Shown here: piece by piece, positions 1 to 16,372 of the stretch
Numbering within the stretch: the stretch's first letter is position 1
Layout: each line of letters opens with the position of its first letter
Notes under the pieces: model-generated
What the model was told of the DNA's origin: nothing
The model's database searches: none
Seen by the model: the letters and a program-made list of their open reading frames with translations, nothing else
From: Utricularia gibba
Lineage: Eukaryota > Plantae > Magnoliophyta
NCBI GenBank assembly: GCA_002189035.1
Contig: NEEC01000025.1
Span: forward strand, 310,001 to 374,000
Length of the DNA: 64,000 nt
Reading direction: 5' to 3'
Program-made: the position numbers and the translations under genes

Positions 1-593
1 ATCGTCTTGTCCCCGTCAAGGATCAATATCCAGAAAGAACTCAAGTATTCGATTCAGAATGCTGAGAGACTGCGATAACCGCCACTCCCTCCACTCTGCT
101 GGAATCAATCCCTACCAGATGACACAGCGTAATCCCCAAACCTTCTTGTTCTCCTTCAGCTTCCTTCTTTGCTTAGAATCACTGAAGTAGATACATAACA
201 TATTCAGGCATCAGTTTACGTAAATCCACAACAGGAACTTTATTTTTTTATGGTCTATATAATTTTTATTAATTTTTATCATAGTTGGAGGAGGATGCCC
301 TAACAGCGCAGACCGCAGTGCGTCTATTCCTCGCAGGGAACTAATGGATCCTATGCGTGGGGTCCATCTGTGACTGAAATTTAAATTTAAATTAAATTAC
401 GTATTCAATATAACTGAATAAATAATGGCCTCAGATAGTAATTTAGATTGGTTTTCTTTTATTTTTTTTTCAGATTTTTTTTTTGTTTATAAAATTGGAT
501 CTCAAAAATTAACGTTGTAAGAGTTTAGGAGTGAAGTGTCCCAGGATCAGACCAAAGGTTACTATTAAATACACTATTAAGAGAGAAGAAGAT

Positions 594-2201
594 TCAGGCG
601 GTGGTGGAATGGGAATGTCTCCGGCCGTAGGTGAGTACCATGAGGAAATCCTTGGCTGATTCGCCGACGGTGGCGGGTACCGGAAGGGGGGTGGCCGCCG
701 TCCGAAGCCAGAGCTCGACCAGTTGGTCAAGCGTCAACGAGGGGCTGATCGTCTGCCCCATGCATCTGATCTCCACCTGTGAAGCAGCAGCCCTGTTACA
801 TGTCAGCGCTACCCAGAGATGATGCTATTCTAACAGGGGGGCAGCGTTACCTCAGCTTCATTGCTGAGATCAAGCTTCTTCTTGAGGTATTTCTCGATGA
901 AGGAAACCGGTATGCTGCCATCCCTTCAACAGGGAGCTAGTATTTTGAGTGTTGAATGAGTGATTTAAGGTTGCGATGGAGAGCAAGGTTACTTTATTCT
1001 CAGGAAACTGGCTGAGATTTGCGGCAGAGGTAGAAGATCCTCCCTGCTGAAAATATAAACTGGGAAGTCAGAGTTCAAGTATGTATTTCCAAAGCTTATG
1101 TCCTTTTTCAAGGGATCTAATTGCTTACACTTCGTCAGAAGCCACTAATGAGAACCAGATTGGGTGCTTTCTTGAGTCAAGACTGGTACTTGACAGGGGT
1201 ATGGTAATCTCTCTTGAATCCAGCGAGTCCTTTGTAGGCTTGTGTCCTTCTGAGGGAGCACTCTGTCTGAAGAAATTCTCATTTTTCACCTTGACTTCCT
1301 TATACTTTGTCTTTGTTTCTGTCTTCCTGCAAGCACCTTTCAAGTCATCAGACTTTGCGGCCTCGGTGGACTTGCTCTTATTTGCTGCTTCAGCCAAAAA
1401 TGTTAGGGGTTTCCAGAGATCAGCTGCTGCTTCCGACACCTCACAAGCAAATGAATTCTGAGACAACAATGCTGCTATTCATTTAGAAGATTGTTGCTTG
1501 TGCATTTGCAGCAGGAACTCCACAGACAGGTTTTTTTACCTGCTTGACATCTGGAGTATCTGTCGTCGACATTTCTTGAGAGGTGGAGTTCTCAAGGTGT
1601 TTGTCAATGGAGGAAGCAGAAGCCTTTGACGCCTTTCTGGCACCATGCTTTGATCGCCCTCCCGTCTTCCCGACATGTGTATATACCTTCGGAGTGGTGA
1701 CTACCAGAGATGACAGAGATCTTTCCTTCCGCTTGGCAGGCAAGACAACAACAGGAGGTGCCTCAATCATTGCTCTTCTCTTTGGAAACAATTTTGATCT
1801 CAAGTCTTGCAGATTATGATCAGCCCTGTTCATGAATCTCAAATCAGATAACCAGAACAATAGCAGTGAAGAAGAAGCAGACAGCAGACCGCAACTTCTC
1901 CAATGGGACACATCCAAGGCTAGTATTGCACACAGGACAGCAATTCATCTCCTCATTTAAAAGCTTCCTGCGTATGCATCTTCTGCAAACTGTACCACAG
2001 TCATGGCATCAGATGCGAACTCAACCAAAGAAACAAGCCCTAAGGAGTAAAAAGCTTCTAGGAATCGCAGGAAACAAGCCCCTCACATGTATGAAGGCAC
2101 TCAATAATACTGGTAGCGTCACGTAAGAGCTTGTGACAGAGAGGGCATGTCATGCATGGCCGCAGCTTCTCCCGCTTCACCTTCACCTCCTTGTTCTCCA
2201 T
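594..2201 (-). CDS. DRIP2: E3 ubiquitin ligase DRIP1/DRIP2-like (BMI1-type PRC1 RING + RAWUL), multi-exon
   Basis: Spliced minus-strand reading MENKEVKVKREKLRPCMTCPLCHKLLRDATSIIECLHT|FCRRCIRRKLLNEEMNCCPVCNTSLGCVPLEKLR|ADHNLQDLRSKLFP gives a C3HC4 RING. The C-terminal PIWFSLVAS...EIRCMGQ...DFLMVLTYGR fits RAWUL. Introns are GT-AG. Confidence 0.92.
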
Positions 2202-2791
2202 CACGGCGTTCAGTTCACCAAAATGAAAGGGAATCAGTCTCTCCTGGGTATCTCTACCAGTGCATGTGCCAACCGGAGAACCAAGTCACCGGGTTTACGT
2301 CGAAATTCCTTCGCCTGCTACTCAGACCCAACAAGAAGAGACCCACGAAATCATCATCGCGAACTCATCCCTACGTCAATCGGTGAAGAATAAAGGAACC
2401 CAGTGACTGCATCAGCGAAGAACCTACGGATCGGAGCAGAAATCGCGAAGAGGCGATATGGGTAATGGAGGACATGGGCCGAATGCTTCAACGATGGCGC
2501 TCTGTAGATGATCTCCTCGTCCGTGTCCTGGGTGTGGGCGTTCGTGTCAATCAAGATACGGACACGGCAAAGAGAACCCTCCACCCCTTCTTATCATCAG
2601 CATGAACGGAAAACACTCCCCTACTCCAAGTTTGAATCTTTTTTACTTTATTACAGGTATTGCGATGGTATGAATTAAAGCTTCACATAAATCATGCAGG
2701 TTATTGAAATTTCGGACAATATAAGACAAAATCTAGCTTTTTTTGCAAGAAAATTGTACAATTTTATTACAGTGATTGTGTTCTTGGGGAG

Positions 2792-4643
2792 TCAGCAGAG
2801 ACCCTTGCGGCGGGCGTAGCAAATGATGAGCATTAGAGTGGAGGCAGAAGCGAGAGATGTAAGAAGCACCACCTGTAAGAACCCATTGCTTCCCATTCAA
2901 TATAAAGGTCCGATTTTTATTCATGACAGAAACAGAGGGATGTACCCATTTGAAGAGGTGGGCGTGGTTTTCTCTCCAAGGATATGGAATGTTCATGCCA
3001 AAAACTGCTGCAACCGCAGAGTAAATAGACATGCACACGCTCCCAGAGCTCAGGAAAAGCTCCAGCTGAGGAAAAAACACATCAAATTATACGTGAAGAA
3101 AACTGGGAATGCATCAAAATGTTGATACAGACGTCACCTGAATCAGCTGATTCCGATGATTGTCCAGCTGCAGTTGAAAAAACAGTAAGCTTTTGTTCAG
3201 AAACTGAAACCCATAGTGCCTTGTGATCGGCCATTGCTGAGGTAACTTGCTCACCTGAATATTGATGTAGTCTTCTGTGTCATGGATGTACTCACGCAGC
3301 TGTAAACACAAAAACCACAGATGTTTAATCTCTCTTACACTGAATGCAAGAAAAAGACAGAGTGGGAGGCGTTCATCACCGTTTCCAGCTTATTCTTTGT
3401 GCTCTCTATCTGCATCAAGTAAGCCTGCACAGAAAATGAATCAAGTACGAACGTGGTATTCCACCTGCATAAAAGGAGAAGTTCGACTGGAAAACCTCAA
3501 GTAGCATCTCAAGTTCTTCCACATTGTTAGCTTTTTGGTTTGTGGGGGCGGAGCAGGTAGAGGCTTTCGAGCTTATTAATGGAGAATCCATAAAATGCCA
3601 GAGGGATTGCTTGTTGTTCAGAGCAGAGGCATCTGCTTCTCTTGACTGATAGAGAAGAGCCATATTGTCATTATGGTTGATCAACTGCTCAATCTCATCT
3701 CTCACCTGCAACACAGAGGCAGAAGTGGATGGCTTGCTAGTCATTGAATTGAAAACTGATCTCGCACCTTGTGGACACGGATCCTCAGTCTCGACATCGC
3801 GGTCTTCATTCTTCGCACACGGTCCAAGTTCTGACAACTAGTCTGCAGGCAGAAGATGCTTGATAATGCCACAAGAGATAGAGGAAGAAGTGCAGGGAGG
3901 TTACCTTGGCAATGAGTTCATCCAGAGCAGGGTACGCAGCAATCTCTAAATCTCTTGTTTTTTCATCAAGGGATGTGCAAATACATTGTAATACCACTTC
4001 CAGAGCTCGAATCTCAAATGGGAATTCTTGTGTATATCAAAAGAAACACTCTTTGAGAACTCTACATCATGCACACTCGCCTTTCCGCAGTTTGATTCTA
4101 TTGTAATAACTCAACCATTACCGGTGTAATAATCTTCTTCTTCACCATCGCCATCCTGAATAGTCGGCTGCAGTCGTCTTTTAAGCTCTTGGACAACCGG
4201 AGCCACATCTCTGTCGAATGGATCCCGCAGCAGCACCTGATTGATCAGAGCTAGACAGATGAAAACCAATGCAGGAAACCAAGTAAAACATCCCAAGAAG
4301 TCAGCTTTCCCTCACCTCACGTTTAGTTATTATGGCCTTGATATGCTGCAAACAACAAGACACTAGTCAAAAACAAACAAGGGAAGCTGCAAAAGCGAGA
4401 AATCAACACAAAAGCAACCTCCAAATTGGCGACAATCGCAGTTCCTCTGGCGAAAATGGCAGAAGGGTAAGACAGCAAAGGGTCAAGAATCCTGAGATCT
4501 CTAGCGTGAATCGCTGCTCTTCTCATTACGTCGTACTTATCCAAATCCAAGACAACACCTTGTCCGAACCCATCAACCGCTACCCAGTTTCTAGAAACTG
4601 CAACTTTCTTCTTTATGGATTCCACAATGAACGCCTCCATCAT
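2792..4643 (-). CDS. MRS2: CorA/MRS2-family magnesium transporter (MRS2-2/MRS2-7-like)
   Basis: Motifs [63 protein letters not shown], and the GMN signature (VFGMNIPY) between two TM helices. Ends YARRKGLC* (TGA at 2792-2794). Confidence 0.93.
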
Positions 4644-5391
4644 CAAACAGGAGGGAAAAAGAAATACTGAAAAAAATGGGGTATCAGCAGAGAAGAAATG
4701 TGAAAAGGATGGAGCAGCGAGAATGAGGGGCCGTTGAGTTGATGGGAAACAAAATGACTGCAGTTTCTGCACATGGTATGTGTACATCTGCATGCTCTGA
4801 GCGGCAGAGGATGGATGATATGGCACACAGATATAAGTGAATCAATCATCACAAAAGTAACTTTTTTTATGTGAATTTACTTTTTTTTACAGAAAGACTG
4901 AACCTTTGTTCTTCGGTCAGAACGGCGCCGTTTAACTCATCTTTATCACTTTCTACTTATGAATAATTACGTAAAAGAACAGCATGTATGTAGTGATCTC
5001 CTGAAATTGGAATGAATGATTCCTAAATAAAATCTCTTCTCATAATACAATTTTTAGCCCAATATATTGCCTTATTCTCATTTCGATCCCTCCTCTTATT
5101 GGGCTAAAAATGAGAATTGAATTATTAGAAATACATTTTTGAAGGAATAATCTAAATTTTCAATCACTCTTTCTGCTTTCAAATATGTGATTTTCTGATT
5201 GTCTCTGCGGAATTCAAAAATCATGATGAGAACCAGCGTCTGGATAACAAGTACTACTTGGATGAAGAAAGGGGGAAACATGGAATCCTTAACAAAAGCT
5301 TCAGACCGACAATGTTGGAAACAATCTCTCAGTGACAGAAAGCAGAGGTAAAGTATAAGGGTGAACAGGCAGGAACCTCCGGATTCAGCTC

Positions 5392-6247
<856 letters not shown>

Positions 6248-6290
6248 TTTTCAACTTCCTCTGAATCGGAATGCATACACGAAAGTTCTT

Positions 6291-6362
6291 CTAGGGTTTA
6301 TACGCCGCCGCGGAGCTAGGGTTTCCGTGTCCGTGTCACTGCTTGGCCCAGAAAGCGGCCCA
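6291..6362. promoter_or_regulatory. Two telo-boxes plus site II motifs in the RPL23/GHR divergent spacer
   Basis: CTAGGGTTT (reverse of AAACCCTAG) at 6291 and 6316, and GGCCCA (reverse of site II TGGGCC) at 6345 and about 6357. The telo-box/site II pairing is typical of plant ribosomal protein promoters. Confidence 0.75.
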
Positions 6363-6416
6363 GTCCAACATAAGCTTTATTGGGTTGAAAAAAGGCCTAA
6401 ACGGAATTAACCGTCG

Positions 6417-7806
6417 ATGAAACAAACCATGTTTGGAAACTCATTTCTCGGCTCCCCAATCTCTCTCAGGCCACCGATCTCCTCACCCACCGTCGGCCGC
6501 CGCCGCACCATCGTAGCGTCCCTCAGTCAGAATCCCATCGCCACCGTGACGAAACTCCTATGGGGCGAATCCCTTCCCCCCAATCTTCTCGTCTCCGCCG
6601 CTCGCTTCTCCTGGTCTTCTGCCTGGCACCTCATGATGTCCCAGTTGGCTCCATCCGACGCCGCCGGAAGCTACCGCCGGCCACCCTCTCAATTCCGTAG
6701 AACTACTGCGGACCAAACTCTCACTCGCCGGAAACTCCACCTGTACGTCGCCCTCCCCTGCCCCTGGGCACACCGCACTCTCATCGTCCGCGCCTTGAAA
6801 GGCCTAGAAAACTTCATTTCCATCTCAATCGCCGCCCCCAGCGACGATGGCTCATGGAAATTCACCGACACCCATCATTCCTCCGCCGACGTTCTCGTGC
6901 CGACACCTGATGAAGTCAATCGGTGTAAAACCTTGAAGGAGGTGTACAATTTGCGTAGCGGTGGGTACAATGGTAGATCAACTGTTCCGATGCTTTGGGA
7001 TTGTGACGCAAACGATGTCGTTTGTAACGAGAGCTACGATATAATCGAGATATTCAATTCTTCGCTGAATGAAGTTTCTGAGAACCCCAGTTTAGACCTT
7101 TCTCCTCCTCCATTGAAGAACAAGATCGACGAGTGGAACAAAATGATCTACAGCAGTATCAACAATGGAGTCTACAGGTGCGATTTTACGGTATCGTTTT
7201 CCGGTAGTGCTTTCTTCTAGTTCTTGCAATCTCTTGGAGGTGCCATTTCAATCCGAAGTCGTTTCGATGAATCTTGTGCTTAATTCCTGGAAATCATCTC
7301 CGATAAGATTGCAGATGCGGATTTGCGCAGACTCAAGAAGCGTATTACATCGCAGTGAACGAGCTGTTCACCGCACTGGACACGGTGAATGATCATCTAG
7401 CGACGTCAAGATATCTGTGCGGAGATCTGCTCACTCTCGCAGACGTGTGTTTATTCACCACGCTGATCAGATTCGATGTCGCTTACAATGTCCTATTCAA
7501 GTGCACCAAGAAGAAGATAATCGAATATCCGAATCTCCATGGATACATGCGGGAGATTTATCAGGTACTGATAGGCTGATTCATTCCAGTTTCAGCTAAT
7601 CGAAATGGTTCCGTTTCCTTAAACGGTGTTGCCTCCGGCAGATCCCGAAAGTGGCGGCAACCTGCAATCTGGATGCGATCAAGGATGGCTACTACAAAAC
7701 GCTTTTTCCGTTGAATCCAGGAGGCATATCGCCGGTGATTCCTTCGGGTTGTCAACAAGAAGTACTCATGAAGCCACATTGCAGAGAATCCTTACGTTTT
7801 GAATAG
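6417..7806 (+). CDS. Glutathionyl-hydroquinone reductase (GST Xi/ECM4-like), probably plastid-targeted, 3 exons
   Basis: S/R/P-rich transit-like N-terminus, active-site LYVALPCPWAHRTL, STVPMLWD, VCNES, INNGVYR|CGFAQTQEAY, LFTTLIRFD, and YYKTLFPLNPGGI. Confidence 0.92.
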
Positions 7807-8402
7807 AATCGAATAATTTATTTGAATAAGCATAAATGTGCTGCCGATCGGTGACTCTTCGCCGTTGGACAGGATCAGAAAGAGTAACACGCGCCATTTT
7901 CGCTTTCCACTTCGATGAGTGTAATCAGTGATTACCGCTAGGGGTGAGAATTTCTGGAACGGACGACTCTCTCGCCGCCGCAGTTGTGCTCGTGGACCTG
8001 GGGGACTCCGATTGGCCGGTTCGCTCGGGCAGATCCAGCCGAACCGGTTCACCCGTGATTGGATCTCATCGGGAGCACCGGTCGGGCCGGTTTTGCGAAA
8101 ACGATGAACGACCTCGACTGTGCACTGTGCAGTGAGGGATCTCCTCTGACGGGAACTCATTAAATTATCATATCGGTAAGGATATTTAAATTGAAGCGAT
8201 TAGGAACCCCAACTTCCCACAAGCTTTTCTGTGTTGGATCCATCTCATAATCTTCTGTTTGCTCCGGGAACAAAACAGTTCTGGAATCGACTTTGAAGTA
8301 TTCGGGCTTTAAGTTTGCATTCGGCAGTTCTGGGGGGTTTTGTGCTACAGTTTTCTTGATCTAGAATCCGTTTTTATTTTTCTTCTGTATCAGGAATCGA
8401 GA

Positions 8403-10938
8403 ATGGTGACTCGGGTTTCTGCCCATCAGGTGATCTAGATTATTCTGGCTGTTTTGTGAACACTTGATTTGTTTCATAAAGTCGGTGAATGATCATTGAT
8501 GTGTTTCTAGGTCGGCTCGTACTTCGTTCAGCAATATTATCAGATGTTTCAGCAACAAAAGGACGATGTATATCAGTTTTATAATGACGCAAGCTCTATG
8601 ATTAGGGTTGACGGCGAGATAATCCATTCCGCCACGGATCTGGTGGTAAAGATAGCATCTTCAGATCAATGCCTTTCGATTTCTGTCTTTATCTTCTAGG
8701 ATACTTATTTGAGATAGATAAAATTGGCAAAGGGTTTAATTTTTCTTAATGGTGATATATTCCCGCTGTAGGATGTCTCCATTTCATCTGTAATGTGTCT
8801 TTTTTCAGTTAAATTTATAAAAAAGGACAATTTGCATTCAGTGAAGAATTCATGCTTGATATCACGTAGCCTGCATCTCAGATGTCTTGCTTTCTTTTTC
8901 GTTATGCTTATCAAAACATATTATTGACTGTTTGCATATTACGCGCAGAACATTCATCAGGTACTCGTGTCGTTGAACTTCATTACAATTCAGATAAAGA
9001 CAATTAATTCTCTTGACTCCTGGAATGGTGGAGTTCTAGTTGTTGTTTCTGGGATTGTTCAATCAAGAGATTTCATTGGTTGGAGGAGATTTGTGCAGAC
9101 ATTTTTCCTTGCTCCCCAAGATAAAGGCTATTTTGTCCTTAATGACATTTTCCATTTTACCGATGAGGAAGTGGACCACCAAAACTCTATTCCAGTGGAA
9201 GAAAAGGAGCCATTTGTTGAATATAAGGCGAATGCTTCGACCAATTTTTCCAGTTCACTTGGTACGGTTCTCTCTACAATAGATCAGCTGTTAATATATT
9301 ACTAATATGGTTTCGCTTCAATAGCATCTGATTATGCCACTGAATTGGTTGCGGGAGACAATCTGGACTCAGCTCATAACCATATAACCAAGACGGTTGA
9401 GGATCGCAGCTATGAAGAACATCCTCAGCAGGATTCTCAGCAAGAGCCTGAGCCAGATTTGGAGTTGGAGGCCATGGCTAAGAGATTAGAGGATGAAGTG
9501 CATTTTGATGATCAAAATTCCGTTCATAAAAATGCTGAAACTAATGCCTACGAATTTTCTCACTCGGTTGAAGAACCAGTTGGAGAACCAGAGAAACTGA
9601 CTTATGCCTCCATAGTAAGAATGATTCTATTCATCTATTGCAGAAAATTTACAATTTTTTTGGTATCAACTGTACATATTTAGGCCCGCATTGTGTGTGA
9701 ATGAAATATTTAGTTGCTGTTTGACAGTATTATTGTTATGGAATTGGGAGGTGTGTATGCTTTCCACGAATTGACACCTTTTACGTACTTCAGTAACCAT
9801 TTTTCTTAATCTTTTCTTTCAAGTTCCAAGCATATGATGGTATTAGAACCTTCTTTTTTCCTCCTATTGAAGCTATTTTTTTACAATAACAATTTATTTT
9901 CTTTTAAACGATTCTCTTGCAGTTGCGTGCAAAGGGAAAGTTCCAAGCATCACATATTAATCAGCCAGCTTTCACTCAAAGCAGGCCTGTTGCCGCAGAT
10001 TGGCACTCTGTTTCACAGCCTTTGCCGCAGCAATCAAATTCAAGTCTTCCAAGCTCAAATGTTGATGGTCTTGAAGAAACCCTTCCTGCTACAGAAGGAA
10101 TACTTGCGGCAGAAGGTAAGCCTCTTTGTTCAAATAGCCAAGATGATGATTCAGCTCCAGGCATCTCGATTTTTTTCATTTATTTGTTATTTACTGGTGC
10201 ATTTGTGACCTGGATGATGCATTTCTAATTTTTTTGCTGTCTCTTGTCAAAACCAAAGTTTCCTACCGTACGAGGTGCAGCTTATTTTCTTACCATATGG
10301 GCCAATGTTTTTTCTCTCCAGGAGAGCCATTATCTGTGTATGTGAGGAACTTACCTACCACCATAACAAGCTCAGACATTATGCATGAGTTTGAGAACTT
10401 TGGGAAAATCAAGCATGATGGTATCTTTTTGAGGAATCGGATGGTTAGTGTTGCTTATAAAACTCTTTATCTCTTGTTCTCGCCATTAAATCCAAATGAA
10501 ATTCCTGAATCTGATTCTGTTCCACAGGACACTGGTGTGTGCTATGCCTTTGTCGAGTTTGAGGATATTCAAAGTGTTCGCAATGCCATCAAGGTTGTGC
10601 TTGTGATGAATACAAGTTTCTCCCATGTTTGCTGACCTGAATCTGGCTTTTTCTCTACTTTATTATTTTTGGAATAAGGTTTGCGTGGCCTTATCTCCCT
10701 TTGTGCCTCTGTTTGTTCATCCAGGCTTCACCGATACAGTTAGCCGGAAGGAGAGTGTACATCGAGGAGAGAAGACCGAGCAGCATTGCCTCTCGCGGCG
10801 GAAGTATGTTTTCTCAACATCCATGATGATCATAATGCCTCATTAACTAACATGCTCCGTATTTCGACACGTTCTCGATCAGGGAATGCTGGAAGAGGCC
10901 GAGGCGGACGTGGAAGAACTTCTGGACGAGGAATCTGA
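8403..10938 (+). CDS. NTF2 + RRM + RGG protein (G3BP-like)
   Basis: VGSYFVQQYYQ...SSMIRVDG and SWNGGVLVVVSG...FVQTFFLAPQDKGYFVLNDIFHF (NTF2), an acidic linker, SVYVRNLP...CYAFVEFED (RRM), and an RGG tail. There is a 5'UTR intron with its donor near 8175. Confidence 0.92.
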
Positions 10939-11499
10939 GGCAAGTATTGGCGGCGGCTACAGAGTCAGACCACAGAGGCCGAATGGCTCCTGTGGTGTTG
11001 TAGGGATCATCGTTATGGGGTCCTAGAGTGACTTGTAATGTAAGTTCATTCCTGAGGAAGCGAGTTAACTTTTTCCCCCTTTCCCAGTGCTGAAGCTCTC
11101 TCTGTTTTGTTTTTTATTTTTTGCACCTTCCTCTCCCAGACATGGTCGTGTGCCTCATCTAAATTCATCTACTTCTAGCTGTTACTATTCTGCTGGCCCG
11201 TACCCGTACAGGCGTGCAGTCCCATGGCTCAGCCAGTGACCGGAAATGGGGAATTTGCTGCCTCATGTCAACTGGCTGAGAACAACAAGCCACCCCCCAG
11301 GCAGCCCTCGAACACCACATTCAATGCATGATCACACACACAAGGGGTAACATAACACTGTGGCCGTTCAAATAGTTTATATATTTTTTTAAAAAATACA
11401 TAAACAGTTTTATTATCTTTAATTTCTATTTTATTAAAGTTATTTTATGAAAAGGAGAATTATTCATTTGAATTTGGACCCACCCAAATCAGGTACAGA

Positions 11500-12338
11500 G
11501 ACACCTGAACTAGAATCACTATTTGGATGAGGTTAAGGTGACAAGAAGTCATTAGGATGCTCCAAGACGTCCTGGATATTTGGATGAGTTTAAGGTTGAC
11601 CCAAGACACGCTTGAGAGAAAATTCTCTGCATCCATCCATCAGCTCGTTGACTCTCGAGTCATTAGCATGCTCGAGGCGCCCACCGGAAAGGTCGGTCGG
11701 CCGGTCGGTCTTCCTCACCTGGTTCTCTGGTTCGGCAGATGGAGTCGCTTATGCCAACTTCGTGGAGGAGGAATGAACGAATGGGATCAAGATGCAGAAC
11801 TGAGGAATAACAGACACTTTTTTGCTACCTGCTGTTGCAGTTTCTCCAACAGTAACTCATCAAGATGTTGCATTCCGACTCCTCGCAGGCTGAAAGACAG
11901 AGACTTTGTGAAAGAAAAACGTCTTTAGATACTTATTGCACGAAGTCTGCAACCGGGTTTCCAGATTCCAGCCATCAGTTTGAGATACACACAAAGGAGG
12001 TATGACTTCGTCCCGATGACCATCGAGAGTCTACAAAAAGAGGAAGCATTGCCCTCGTCGGGGATACGCATCAACTCGATCGCAGTGGTGATCCCTATAC
12101 AGCAGAAGGGGTTGTCGACTGAGCGTCGACTTGGTCATAGACCGCCGCTTCACGCAGGTAAAGTCACTCCATGCTTGATATCTATCAAGTCTTTTCTGAC
12201 CTCGTCAACAGCGGACTGATCTGCAGCATCAAGCCCTGAATCCCCATATGAAAGCAGTTGATAGGAGAGCTTGTGAACTTCTTCTTTACCAACCTTGAAA
12301 CCCGACACCATTTCCGATGGTCCACCGTGAAATTTCAC
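11500..12338 (-). mobile_element. Highly degenerate LINE (L1-like) reverse-transcriptase remnant
   Basis: Broken minus-strand frames give MVSGFKVGKEEVH..SYQLLSYGD (cf. plant L1 GFKVG..V.ISHLLYADD), then LLEKLQQQVAKKCLLFLSSAS (cf. LLEKI..RLA.WK...LS..GR), then SFIPPPRSWHKRLH, in the expected order with stops between. Similarity judged by eye. Confidence 0.35.
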
Positions 12339-12926
12339 TTTAATCTAAAAAAAGGAGTGAGCTTTAATTTAGTACCGACAATGGGAGACTGATGGCGCGT
12401 GGGGAAGACGCGGTTGACTAGATGGTGAGGAGACCCAGTTCAAATACCGCATGACAGTCTGCTCTGTGGCTCCACGGCCATTAATGCCTTCCCCCACCAC
12501 CCTTTCTCCATCTCACACTTCAATCTTTTCTGCATTCTTTTCTTTGATTCTCTCTCCCCTCTCCCAAATATTTCCCCCCTCCCTCTTTATGGTGTGTTGC
12601 TTCGCGAGATTCGGTGCTAGTAACTTTGTGCCTCTCCTCGCCCGCCGCGATAATTGGCCCCAGATCTCGCCCATCTTACTGGGTTTCTGCATTGCTTGCT
12701 CCAGTTGCCTGCATTGCTGTTTTTCAGCTAGGGTTTTGTCCTTGTTCTTGATTTATTAACGAATCGGCGGGATTGGTAGGCTGAAAGGATATGCGAGCTT
12801 TGAAATTCTTGGGTGAGGAGAATGCAGCTCGTTGGCGTGGAGGAAATTGTGTGTGGATCGGGAGAGTGAATTATTGTGTAACTGCGGCGGCTTGATTTGC
12901 CATGTTTCTTAACTGCATTAGGGAAA

Positions 12927-16372
<3,446 letters not shown>

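Noticed and set aside
1-190. Possible terminal exon of a gene cut by the window edge
   Set aside because: Short open frames exist on both strands, but none has a recognisable motif.
3395-3418. GTGCTCTCTATCT, resembling a miR156/157 site
   Set aside because: It matches only the 3' half of miR157, the seed side mismatches, it is antisense to the MRS2 mRNA, and it simply encodes LMQIEST. There is no hairpin partner.
10936-11026. Possible longer G3BP tail (GGGYRVRPQRPNG) beyond the stop
   Set aside because: It needs a shift of opposite sign to the other suspected errors, and the RGG tail ends plausibly at 10938.
12410-12450. tRNA/SINE-like A-box (TGACTAGATGG) and B-box (GTTCAAATAC) inside a GCGGT/ACCGC stem
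   Set aside because: Only 41 nt long with about 11 nt between boxes, no anticodon arm and no poly-A tail. Not a tRNA, and too degraded to call a SINE.
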